In this document: positions 9,201 to 17,600 of the stretch, piece by piece
Layout: each line of letters starts with the position of its first letter
How positions within the stretch are numbered: the stretch's first letter is position 1
Source of the DNA: Pseudomonas aeruginosa
GTDB taxonomy: Bacteria > Pseudomonadota > Gammaproteobacteria > Pseudomonadales > Pseudomonadaceae
Direction: 5' to 3'
Length of the DNA: 32,000 nt
Assembly: GCF_001457615.1 (NCBI RefSeq)
Contig: NZ_LN831024.1
Coordinates: forward strand, 4,650,001 to 4,682,000
Position numbers and translations under genes: made by a program
Notes under the pieces: generated by a model
What the model saw: only the letters and a program-made list of their open reading frames with translations
The model's database searches: none
What the model was told of the DNA's origin: nothing

Positions 9201-9400
9201 TCTTCTACATCGGCCCGCGGCACTTCGGTACCCTCACCGCCTACGTCGACGGCAGCGAGTCGAGCCAGTTCAAGTTCACCTCGGCCCTGCCAGTGCAGGT
9301 ACTCAAGGGCATGGCACCGCTCCTCAGGGACTACCTCGACCCACGCACCGCCACCCGCTGCCAGGTACCGTTGTCGCCGCAACAGATCGGCCGCCTGTAG
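6275..9400 (+). CDS. Large membrane-anchored class-A penicillin-binding-protein-like protein (GT51-like transglycosylase plus transpeptidase-like module)
   Basis: The ORF is open from 5654, but the plausible starts are ATG 6275 (AGGTG 3 nt upstream) or ATG 6305. There is an N-terminal TM anchor, LMLIGFALPILAAVGIVVL. GT51-like motifs: IENRDLLDHE (Glu codon 6851-6853), GGSTLATQ (6974-6997), TYLNSVP. PBP motifs: STAK (7835-7846), SIN (8153-8161), KTGTG (9110 onward). Confidence 0.8.
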   Translation: MNCAATGGASMGASERSTNDPSELQPCSLPASASPRKSRLRQRLMLIGFALPILAAVGIVVLHEAHTSRLQARELARYAATLDYEVRQGPSEAILFPADGPFDRRLGYQLLPSFMQRLYDRDYAITRQAHFSPALMRYAEHRLFPPYAEKAQAGLDIADCRGVPIYDFRYPQRRYANFASLPPLVVQSLLFIENRDLLDHERPYLNPAVDWGRFTQAALSQVGKMLGFSAHSSGGSTLATQIEKYRHSAEGRTGSIGDKLRQMLSASVRSYREGPANFAARQDIVLTYLNSVPLSAAPGYGEVTGLADGLWVWYGADYRQVGEALDGKAGLAAQGLALRQVLALMIAHRRPSFYLAPRGRDELDRMTDSHLRVLTQAGVIEAPLRDAALAQKLAFRDPRSQPTVQPLPTNKGVTLARTRLAGMLGVPLYDLDRLDLRANTTLQHELQESVTAYLQKLADPDYAAQLGLIGERLLTPTSTRSVRYSFTLFERTPSGNQVRVQTDNTDQPFDINEGSKLELGSTAKLRVLASYLETVAQIHRDYGGMSVAELRKVEVEPLDFILRWGIDYLVASRDRDLSAMLQAAMERRYSASPYESFFTGGGLHTFNNFRKEDNGRRPMLLEALRESINLPFVRLLRDLIRHDIYQNAGSKVQLLADDKDPRRADYLDRFVDKESQVYLRRFWVKYRDKDANQRLETFLDGLRPWPVRLAAIHRYLQPQADLASFSAFLRERLPRGSLTDKRAAELYERYGPGKFNLNDQGYVARVHPLELWLLGYLQKQPQATFGEAVAASGAERKEVYGWLFKSRHKNARDKRIRILLEVEAFLDLHQQWKKLGYPFDHLVPSYATALGSSGDRPAALAELMGIIVNDGVRMPTLRLEHLDFALGTPYETRFAPEATLGQRVMTSEVATTLRNALSQVVDAGTARRLQGTFSRPDGAPLVMGGKTGTGDNRLQTFSAGGHVRSSKALNRTATFVFYIGPRHFGTLTAYVDGSESSQFKFTSALPVQVLKGMAPLLRDYLDPRTATRCQVPLSPQQIGRL

Positions 9401-9404
9401 CGGT

Positions 9405-10568
9405 TCAGCGCACCGGCCAGTACCAGGCCGGCCGGTCCAGCTCGCGCAGCCCCTGGATGCGGGTCTCGCCGAAGTCCTTCTCCAGCCCCAGCGAATGGCA
9501 TTCCGGGTGCTCTTCGAGCGTCGCGACAAGCCGCGCGGCGTGCGACACCACCAGCACCTGGGAGTGCTGCGCGGCCTGGCCGACCAGGCGCCCGAGGGCC
9601 GGCAGCAGGTCGGGATGCAGGCTGGTTTCCGGTTCGTTGAGCACCAGCAGCGCCGGCGGCCGCGGCGACAACAGGGCGGCGATCCACAGCAGGTAGCGCA
9701 GGGTGCCGTCCGACAGCTCCGCGGTGCGCAGCGGCCGCAGCAGGCCGGGCTGCTCGATCAGCACTTCGAAGCGCCCTCCCGGGTTGTCAATGTGCAGGCG
9801 GCTGCCGGGAAAGGCATCGTCCACCGCCTCGTCCAGCGCCGCCGCATCGCCGATCTCGCGGATGGTCTGCAGGGCCGCGGCCAGGTCGGCGCCGTCGGCG
9901 CCCAGCACCGGTGTATGGGTGCCGATCTGCGGACACCGCGCCGGCGCCTCGGCGTCGCTGCGGAAATGGTCGTAGAAGCGCCAGGAGCGGATCCGCTCGC
10001 GCAGGCCGAGCAGTTCCGGCACCTGTCGCGGGTCCACCGCCGCGCCCAGCATGCTGTCGAAGGTGGCGAGGTGCTGCGCCGCCACTTCCCAGCGACCGCC
10101 GCCGCCGCGTGCGCGCAACAACGGCCCGCGACGGTCGACGAGGACATTGGCCGGGCGCAGGAACGGGCCGGCCCAGATGCATTCGCGCTTGATCACCGGG
10201 TCGAGACCGAACTTGCTCTGGCTTGGCTCCGGCAGGCCGAGGTCGATGCAATAACCGAAATCCTCCCCGGCGAAGCCCAGGCGCAGGTTCACCGACTGCC
10301 GGCGCACGCTGCCTTCGATCGGCTGGGCGCCACTGCGCATGGCCCGGCTGATGTCCTCCGGTCCCGCCCACAGGGTCGATGGCAGGCCGCCCTCGCGCGC
10401 CAGCGACGGGATCACTTCGCCGCGCGCGCTGTCCGCCAGCAGGCGCAAGGCCCGGTAGACGTTGGACTTGCCGGCGCCGTTGGCGCCGGTGATCAGGTTC
10501 AGGCGCCGCAGCGGCATCACCAGGTCGCGCAGGGTGCGGTAGTTGGACACCGCCAGGGTGGTCAGCAT
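9405..10568 (-). CDS. Stand-alone SMC/RecF-like ABC-type ATPase (AAA_21/COG4637-like), function unknown
   Basis: 387-aa ORF with ATG at 10568. Walker A is GANGAGKSN, the ABC-signature-like motif is LSDGTLRYL, and Walker B/D-loop is LLVLNEPETSLHP. No other recognisable domain. It lies 55 nt downstream of sugE on the same strand, and its stop is 4 nt from the stop of the convergent PBP-like gene. Confidence 0.8.
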   Translation of the reverse strand: MLTTLAVSNYRTLRDLVMPLRRLNLITGANGAGKSNVYRALRLLADSARGEVIPSLAREGGLPSTLWAGPEDISRAMRSGAQPIEGSVRRQSVNLRLGFAGEDFGYCIDLGLPEPSQSKFGLDPVIKRECIWAGPFLRPANVLVDRRGPLLRARGGGGRWEVAAQHLATFDSMLGAAVDPRQVPELLGLRERIRSWRFYDHFRSDAEAPARCPQIGTHTPVLGADGADLAAALQTIREIGDAAALDEAVDDAFPGSRLHIDNPGGRFEVLIEQPGLLRPLRTAELSDGTLRYLLWIAALLSPRPPALLVLNEPETSLHPDLLPALGRLVGQAAQHSQVLVVSHAARLVATLEEHPECHSLGLEKDFGETRIQGLRELDRPAWYWPVR

Positions 10569-10623
10569 GGCTGCTCTCGAAGGAACGGAAACGCGGCCGA
10601 TTGTAGGCCAAATGCCGCATCGC

Positions 10624-10929
10624 TTACTTGAGCCCGGCCACCCCGGCGACGATCAACCCGACAGAAACCAGCTTCACCGCCGTCAGGCTCTCGCCAAGCA
10701 GCAGGACGCCGAGGAACACCGTGCCCAGCGAGCCGATCGCGGTCCAGATCGGATAGGCGACGCTGACCGGCAACTCGCGCAGCGCCAGGGTCAGGAAATA
10801 GATCCCGCCGATCGCCGCGACCACCGTCAGCAACGACGGCCAGAGTCTGCCGAAGCCGTTGGAGAACTTCATGCCCATGGCGAAGGCGACCTCGAAGGCC
10901 GCCGCCACCAGCAGATGGAACCAGGCCAT
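10624..10929 (-). CDS. sugE: SMR-family transporter, SugE/Gdx (guanidinium/QAC exporter) subtype
   Basis: 101-aa ORF with four TM segments and the conserved membrane Glu in AAAFEVAFAMGMKF. It resembles E. coli SugE along its full length. The SD GAGGAG overlaps the azoR stop, with a 9-nt gap between the genes. Confidence 0.85.
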   Translation of the reverse strand: MAWFHLLVAAAFEVAFAMGMKFSNGFGRLWPSLLTVVAAIGGIYFLTLALRELPVSVAYPIWTAIGSLGTVFLGVLLLGESLTAVKLVSVGLIVAGVAGLK

Positions 10930-10938
10930 GGCGGCTCC

Positions 10939-11577
10939 TCAGGCCGACCGCGCCAGCGCCAGCAGGCGCTGTTCCGCCTCGGCGCAGGAGTCCTCGAAGG
11001 ACCTGCCGCCGGATTCCTCGCCTTCCGCCGCGACCACCGTGACCTCGTCGATGCCGATGAAACCCAGCGCGGTGCGCAACCAGGGATCGGCGTGGTTCAT
11101 CGCCTGGTTCTCGCCGCCCGGGCCGAAGCCATGGCCACCGCGACTGGTGACGATTAGCGCACGCTTGCCACGCAGCAGCGGCCGGTACTGGGCGACGCCA
11201 TTATCGAGGACGAAATCGAAGGTCACCCCGAGGCGCACGATCTGGTCGATCCAGGCCTTCAGGCCGCTGGGCACGCTGAAGTTGTACATCGGCGTGGAGA
11301 TCACCAGCAGGTCGCTGTCGAACAGTTCGCCGACCAGTTGGTCGCTCAGCGCCAGGTCGGCCTGCATCGCCAGCGAACGCTGTTCCGGCTGGGGATGGAA
11401 GGCGGCGGCGACGAAGGCCTCGGTGACCGCCGGAAGCGGTACCCGGCCGACTTCGCGGCGAGCCACGCGGGCCTGCGGATGGGCTTCGCGATAGGCCGCC
11501 AGGAAAACCTCGGCGAGACGCCGGGACTGCGAGCGCTCGCCTCGCGGACTGGCATGCACTGCAAGAATTCTACTCAT
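10939..11577 (-). CDS. azoR: FMN-dependent NADH-azoreductase/quinone reductase
   Basis: 212-aa ORF. ATG at 11577 has GGAG 6 nt upstream. AzoR motifs are present: [17 protein letters not shown]. Confidence 0.88.
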   Translation of the reverse strand: MSRILAVHASPRGERSQSRRLAEVFLAAYREAHPQARVARREVGRVPLPAVTEAFVAAAFHPQPEQRSLAMQADLALSDQLVGELFDSDLLVISTPMYNFSVPSGLKAWIDQIVRLGVTFDFVLDNGVAQYRPLLRGKRALIVTSRGGHGFGPGGENQAMNHADPWLRTALGFIGIDEVTVVAAEGEESGGRSFEDSCAEAEQRLLALARSA

Positions 11578-11684
11578 CTGTATCTCCTTGGATTCGGCTA
11601 GACTCGAATGGCCTCAAGGCCCTTCTCCTGGAGCCAGAAATTATTGGCAGCGGGGGTTCCCGACAAATGAGCAATAGTTGTTCA

Positions 11685-11703
11685 GGGTGAATTCAGTTCA
11701 CCC
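11685..11703. promoter_or_regulatory. Perfect 7-bp dyad containing a LysR-type T-N11-A box in the azoR/LysR divergent region
   Basis: GGGTGAA-TTCAG-TTCACCC. The inner TGAATTCAGTTCA (11688-11700) fits T-N11-A. It sits 13 nt upstream of the preferred LysR start. Confidence 0.45.
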
Positions 11704-11715
11704 ATGGAGATTCCA

Positions 11716-12633
11716 ATGTTCGCTTCCCTGCCGCTGACCGCGTTGCGCACCTTCGAATCGGCGGCCCGCCAGTCGAGCTTCAAGGCCGCCGCCGAGGAGC
11801 TTGCGGTAACGCCAACCGCGGTTTCCCACCAGATCCGTTCGCTGGAAGCCTGGCTCGGCGTTCCGCTGTTCCAGCGCCTGCCACGGAAAGTGCGCCTGAC
11901 CGACTGCGGCGAACGGCTGTTCCGCAGCCTGCACGGGGCCCTGCTGGAAATTTCGCAGAGCGTCGACACGCTGCGTCCGCAGCGCAGCGTAGGCAACCTG
12001 ACGGTCTCCACCACCCCGGCCTTCGCCGCCCTCTGGCTGGTGCCGCGTCTCGGCCGCTTCTACGCCGCGCACCCGCAGATCAACCTGCGCCTGGACACCA
12101 ACTGCGAAGTCCTCGACCTGCACCAGGACGCCAGCATCGACCTGGTGATCCGCTACAGCCTCGACGACCATCCGAACTTCTACGGTCTCTGCCTGTTCGA
12201 CGAATGCTTCGCGGTCTACGGCTCGCCGGCCCAGGTCGCCCTGGCCGCAGAACGGCAGCCGACCCTGATCAGCGTGCGCTGGCACAACTCCAGGCTCTAC
12301 GCCCACGGCTGGGAGGCCTGGTGCGCGCAGGCCGGCGAAGACTGGATGGAGGGCCAGCCGGTGATCCGCCAGTACGACGAGGAGCACTATGCCCTGCAGG
12401 CGGCCATCGCCGGCCAGGGACTGGTGCTGGCCAGTTCGATCCTGGTTTCGGAAAGCGTCGCCAGCGGCCTGCTGCAACCCTACAGAGCGGATATCAGTGT
12501 CGACGGCGCCGGCTACAGCGCGCTATGCGTGCCCGGACGGGAACGTCATCCGCCGGTGAAGGCATTCTTCGAATGGCTGAGGCTGGAGGCACGACAGTCG
12601 GGGCACGCTTGCCGGCTGGAGCGGGACGCCTGA
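11716..12633 (+). CDS. LysR-family transcriptional regulator (GcvA-like)
   Basis: The N-terminal HTH MFASLPLTALRTFESAARQSSFKAAAEELAVTPTAVSHQIRSLE resembles GcvA-type LysR proteins. ATG 11716 has GGAG 6 nt upstream. An in-frame ATG at 11704 has no SD. The gene is divergent from azoR. Confidence 0.88.
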   Translation: MFASLPLTALRTFESAARQSSFKAAAEELAVTPTAVSHQIRSLEAWLGVPLFQRLPRKVRLTDCGERLFRSLHGALLEISQSVDTLRPQRSVGNLTVSTTPAFAALWLVPRLGRFYAAHPQINLRLDTNCEVLDLHQDASIDLVIRYSLDDHPNFYGLCLFDECFAVYGSPAQVALAAERQPTLISVRWHNSRLYAHGWEAWCAQAGEDWMEGQPVIRQYDEEHYALQAAIAGQGLVLASSILVSESVASGLLQPYRADISVDGAGYSALCVPGRERHPPVKAFFEWLRLEARQSGHACRLERDA

Positions 12634-12644
12634 GCGGCGCGGCG

Positions 12645-12680
12645 GGACAGGGACAACGCGGCTGCCGTTATCCGTCCTGC
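12645..12680. repeat. Degenerate REP-like element
   Basis: It contains GCCGTTATCCGTCCT (12664-12678), which is identical to 20363-20377. The partner arm GGACAGGGACAACG upstream is imperfect. Confidence 0.5.
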
Positions 12681-12706
12681 GCGGCCAGGCGCAGCAGCCG
12701 CCGGAC

Positions 12707-12741
12707 AAAACGACGGCCCGCACCTTGCGGGGCGGGCCGTC
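12707..12741 (-). terminator. Rho-independent terminator of putP
   Basis: A perfect 10-bp stem, GACGGCCCGC (12712-12721) with GCGGGCCGTC (12732-12741). On the minus strand it is followed by GTTTTG (complement of 12706-12711). A second hairpin, GCGGGCG/CGCCCGC (12749-12769), lies between it and the putP stop. Confidence 0.65.
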
Positions 12742-12777
12742 TCCATGCGCGGGCGCTTTACCCGCCCGCAGGCTCGA

Positions 12778-14298
12778 TCAGCGCTGGGTTACCGGAGCGG
12801 CGGAGCCCTGGTGCGCCTCGCGGTACTCCTGCTCCGCATCGTCGAAGCGCTTGAGCATGCTCGTCGAAGGCGCCTTGCCGAGCAGGCTGAAGACGACGAT
12901 GGCGACGCTGGCGAAGAGGAAGCCGGGGATGATCTCGTACAGGCCGGTCCAGCCCAACAGGTTCTTCCACAGGATCACCGTCGCCGCGCCGACGATCATG
13001 CCGGCCAGCGCGCCGTTGCGGGTCATCCGCTTCCACAGCAGGGAGAACAGCACCAGCGGGCCGAAGGCGGCGCCGAAGCCGGCCCAGGCATAGGACACCA
13101 GGCCGAGCACGCGGTTTTCCGGGTTGGAGGCCAGCCAGATGGCGATCACCGCCACCAGCAGCACCATGGCGCGACCGACCCAGACCAGTTCCAGCTGGCT
13201 GGCGCCCTTGCGCAGGAAGGCCTTGTAGAAGTCCTCGGTGAGCGCCGAGGAGCAGACCAGCAGCTGGCAGCTCAGGGTGCTCATGACCGCGGCGAGGATG
13301 GCGGACAGCAACACGCCGGCGATCCACGGGTTGAACAGGATCTTGGCCAGCTCGATGAATACCCGCTCGGGGTTCTCGCTGACCGCGCCGGCCTGCTCCG
13401 GATGCGCCTGGAAGTAGGCGATGCCGAAGAAGCCCACGGCCACGGCGCCACCGAGGCAGAGGATCATCCAGGTCATGGAGATGCGGCGCGCGGCCGGGAT
13501 CGATTTCACCGAGTCGGCGGCCATGAAGCGCGCCAGGATGTGCGGCTGGCCGAAGTAGCCCAGGCCCCAGGCCATCAGCGAGATCACGCCGATGAAGGAG
13601 GCGCCCTTGAGCATGTCGAAGCTGGTCGCGTCCTTCAGCTCGATGGCGGTGAAGGTCGGCTCGACGCCGCCGGTGGCGAGCATCACGATCACCGGGGTGA
13701 GGATCAGCGCGAAGATCATCAGCGAGGCCTGCACGGTGTCGGTCCAGCTCACCGCGAGGAAGCCACCGATGAAGGTGTAGGCGATGGTCGCCGCGGCGCC
13801 GGCCCACAGCGCGGTCTCGTAGGAGAGGCCGAAGGTGCTCTCGAACAGGCGCGCACCGGCGACGATGCCGGAAGCGCAGTAGATGGTGAAGAACACCAGG
13901 ATCACCAGGGCCGAGAAGATCCGCAGCAGGCGGCTGTTGTCCTCGAAGCGGTTGGTGAAGTAGTCGGGCAGGGTCAGCGCGTTGCCGTTGTGCTCGGTCT
14001 GCACCCGCAGGCGGCCGGCGACGAACAGCCAGTTGAGGTAGGCGCCGACGATCAGGCCGATGGCGATCCAGCTTTCGGACAGGCCGGACAGGTACACCGC
14101 GCCGGGCAGGCCCATCAGCAGCCAGCCGCTCATGTCGGAGGCGCCGGCGGACAGCGCCGTGACGAAGCTGCCGAGGCTGCGGCCACCGAGGATGTAGTCG
14201 GAGAAGTTGTTGGTGGAGCGATATGCCGCCAGGCCGATCAGGACCATGGCCGCGATGTAGATCACGAAGGTGATCAGCGTGGGCGTATTGACACTCAT
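12778..14298 (-). CDS. putP: Sodium/proline symporter PutP
   Basis: The ORF is open to 14394, but ATG 14298 (MSVNTPTLITFVIYIAAMVLIGL...) has GGGGAG upstream and gives a 506-aa SSS-family protein with PutP-like sequence. It lies downstream of putA on the same strand. Confidence 0.92.
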   Translation of the reverse strand: MSVNTPTLITFVIYIAAMVLIGLAAYRSTNNFSDYILGGRSLGSFVTALSAGASDMSGWLLMGLPGAVYLSGLSESWIAIGLIVGAYLNWLFVAGRLRVQTEHNGNALTLPDYFTNRFEDNSRLLRIFSALVILVFFTIYCASGIVAGARLFESTFGLSYETALWAGAAATIAYTFIGGFLAVSWTDTVQASLMIFALILTPVIVMLATGGVEPTFTAIELKDATSFDMLKGASFIGVISLMAWGLGYFGQPHILARFMAADSVKSIPAARRISMTWMILCLGGAVAVGFFGIAYFQAHPEQAGAVSENPERVFIELAKILFNPWIAGVLLSAILAAVMSTLSCQLLVCSSALTEDFYKAFLRKGASQLELVWVGRAMVLLVAVIAIWLASNPENRVLGLVSYAWAGFGAAFGPLVLFSLLWKRMTRNGALAGMIVGAATVILWKNLLGWTGLYEIIPGFLFASVAIVVFSLLGKAPSTSMLKRFDDAEQEYREAHQGSAAPVTQR

Positions 14299-14578
14299 AG
14301 GGACTCCCCTATTGCTTGTTTTTATCCGGGCCCTTGCGTGTGCAAGCAACGGGTAGCGGGCCCTTGGTTGGCAGAATGGCGCTTGTGGCGTCACTCCGTG
14401 AGCGCTTGCCGGAGCAAGCCGGAAACGTGGGTGGCCTCAAACGAGTCCGAACAGGCCCACGCCTCACGATCCCTCCCCTGTCGGGCAGGGAAAATCGTCC
14501 TTTATGGTCCGTTCCGGGCACGCACCGGAACGGCGGTCATTTCCCTTGGCGTTCGCTGCGGCGAACCCCGGAAACCGA

Positions 14579-14600
14579 CCCGGGCGCCAAGGCGCCCGGG
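14579..14600 (-). terminator. Strong palindromic hairpin 10 nt after the putA stop; internal terminator or attenuator of the putA-putP unit
   Basis: CCCGGGCGCC-AA-GGCGCCCGGG has perfect 10-bp arms. On the minus strand it is followed by TCGGTTTCC, which is only weakly U-rich. Confidence 0.5.
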
Positions 14601-14609
14601 AACGGAGTA

Positions 14610-17600
14610 TCACTCGGCGTCGGCCAGCGACAGCAGCGACGCGTTGCCGCCCACCGCGGTGGTGTTCACCGACGTGGTGCGCTCGCTGACGAAACGCAGC
14701 AGGTAGTTCGGCCCGCCGGCCTTGGGACCGGTGCCGGACAGCCCGTGGCCGCCGAACGGTTGCACGCCCACCACCGCGCCGATCTGGTTGCGGTTGATGT
14801 AGAGGTTGCCGACCCGCGCCAGCTCTTCGATGCGACGGGCGGTTTCCTCGTTGCGGCTATGGACCCCCATGGTCAGGCCGAAACCGGTGGCGTTTATCGC
14901 CTGCACGACCTTTTCCAGGTCCTGCGCGGCATAACGCACCACGTGCAGCACCGGGCCGAAGTTCTCTTTCTTCAGCTCGTCGATGCCGCTGATCTCGAAC
15001 GCGACGGGAGCGACGAAGTGACCGTTCAGGTTGCCCGGCACCTTGGTCTCGGCGATCAGCTTGCCGGCGGCCTTCAGCGCGGCGATGTGCTGCTCCAGGC
15101 CGGCCTTGGCCTCGGCGTCGATCACCGGGCCGACGTCGCTGACGCGCACGTCGGTCGGGCCGACCTTCAGCTCGGCCATGGCGCCCTTGAGCAACTCGAT
15201 CACCCGCTCGGCGATGTCCTGCTGCACGTACATCACGCGCAGCGCGGAGCAGCGCTGGCCGGCGCTGGTGAACGCGGATTGTACCGCATCCTTGATCACC
15301 TGTTCCGGCAAAGCGGTGGAATCGACGATCATCGCGTTCTGCCCGCCGGTCTCGGCGATCAGGGTGGCGATGGCGCCGGGCTTCTCGGCCAGTTGGCGGT
15401 TGATGATGCGGGCGGTGTCGGTGGAGCCGGTGAAGGCCACCCCGGCGACCCGCGCGTCACGGCAGAACACGCCGCCGAGGGTGGCGCCGTCGCCCGGCAG
15501 CAGGGCGATAACGTCCTTCGGCAGGCCGGCTTCGAACATCAGTTCGACGGTGCGCGCGGCGATCAGGCTGGTCTGCTCGGCCGGCTTGGCCAGCACAGTG
15601 TTGCCGGCCACCAGCGCGGCGCTGATCTGGCCGAGGAAGATCGCCAGCGGGAAGTTCCACGGGCTGACGCAGGCGAAGATGCCGCGGCCTTCGTAGAACA
15701 GCTCGTTGCGCTCGCCGGTCGGGCCGCGCAGTTCCTCGCGGACCAGGCGCTGGCGGGCCTGCTGGGCGTAGTAGCGGCAGAAGTCGACCGCCTCGCGGAT
15801 CTCGTCGATACCGTCCTGCAACGACTTGCCGGCTTCCAGGGTGCACAGCGCCATCAGCTCGCCGCGCTGGGCTTCCAGCAGGTCGGCGAGACGCTCGAGG
15901 ATGCCGGCACGCTCGTCCACCGGGGTGGCGCTCCAGCGCGGCCAGGCCGCCTGCAGCACGTCGAGGGCCTTGCCGGCCTGCTCGGCGGACGCGTACTGGA
16001 CGCTGCCGACCAGCCTCTCCAGGTCGTACGGGCAACGCACTTCGTGGGCCGGGCCGGAGAGCTTCTCGCCGTTGACGATCGGCGCGGCTTGCCACTGGCG
16101 GGTCAGGTGCGGCTTGTAGGCGAGCTCCAGCTCGTTCCACTGGTTCTGGATGTTCATGTTGATGCCCTGGGAGTTTTTCCGCCCGGCGCCGAAGATCGCC
16201 TGGGGCAGAGGGATACGGTCGTTGGCCAGCGTCTTGAACTGGCGCAGTTGGGTAACCGGGTGCTGGATCAGCGTCTCCACCGGCACGCGCGGGTCCACCA
16301 GCTTGTGCACGAAGGAAGAGTTGGCGCCGTTCTCCAGCAGGCGCCGGACCAGGTACGGCAGCAGGTCCTTGTGCGCGCCGACCGGGGCGTAGATGCGCAC
16401 GTTGCGGCGGTACTTCTCGATCACCGTGTCGTACAGCGCGTCGCCCATGCCATGCAGGCGCTGGAACTCGAAGTCGCGCTCCTCGCCGCCGGCGGCCCTG
16501 GCTTCGTCGGCCAGGGCGAGGATGGCGGTCACGGTGTGGGCGTTGTGGCTGGCGAACTGCGGGTAGATCACCCCGCGGGTGTGCTCGCTGAGCAGGTAGC
16601 GGGCGCAGGCCAGGTAGGAAGTGTCGGTGCCTTCCTTGCGGGTGTAGACGGGGTAGCCATCGGCGCCCTGCACCTGGCACTGCTTGATCTCGCTGTCCCA
16701 GTAGGCACCCTTCACCAGGCGCAGCGGGATGCGTGCGCCAAGCTCGCGGCCGAGCAGGGTCAGCCATACCAGCACCGGCAGGCAGCGCTTGGAGTAGGCC
16801 TGGATGACCAGGCCGAACTCGCCCCAGCCGGCGATGGCCGGGTCGCGCATCAGCTTCTCGTAGAGTTCGAGGGACAGCTCCAGGCGATCGGCTTCCTCGG
16901 CGTCGATGGTGATGCCGACGTTCAGCTTGCGCGCGCGCACCGCCAGTTCCAGGACATTGGCGAACAGCTCGCTGAGCACCCGCTCGCGTTGCGCCACTTC
17001 GTAGCGCGGATGCAGCGCCGAGAGCTTGATCGAGATCGACGGCCGCGGCCCCGGACCGACCTGCGGCTCGGCGCCGACGGTGTCGATGGCCTGGCGGTAG
17101 TCGGCCATGTATTTCTCGGCGTCGGCGGCGGTCAGCGCGGCCTCGCCGAGCATGTCGAAGGAATAGGTGTAGCCCTGCTCGCGGCATGGACGACCGTTCT
17201 TCAGCGCTTCGGAGATGGTCCGGCCAAGCACGAACTGCTTGCCCATCAGCTTCATCGCCTGGTTCATCGCGGCGCGGATCACCGGTTCGCCAGAGCGCTG
17301 CACCAGCCGGCTGATGACGCTCGGGGCGCGGCCGTCGGTGCGTTCGTCGATGTTCACCACCTTGCCGGTCATCACCAGGCCCCAGGCGGCGAAATTGACC
17401 AGAACGTTGTCGCTCTGGCCGAGATGGCGCTGCCAGTCGGCGGCGGACAGCTTGTCGCGGATCAGCGCGTCGGCGGTCGCCGCGTCAGGCACACGCAACA
17501 GCGCCTCGGCCAGACACATCAGCATCAGGCCTTCCTGGGTGTCCAGGCTGTATTGGCGCAGGAGTGCGTCGAGGGTATCGACGGCGTTGTCCCGGCTGCG

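Noticed and set aside
9405-10568. The ATPase as the core of a phage-defence system (Gabija, Septu, OLD or PARIS-like).
   Set aside because: No nuclease, TOPRIM, HNH, helicase or other effector gene is adjacent or fused. The neighbours are housekeeping or detoxification genes. The region shows no island hallmarks. It is kept only as a low-probability idea in the findings.
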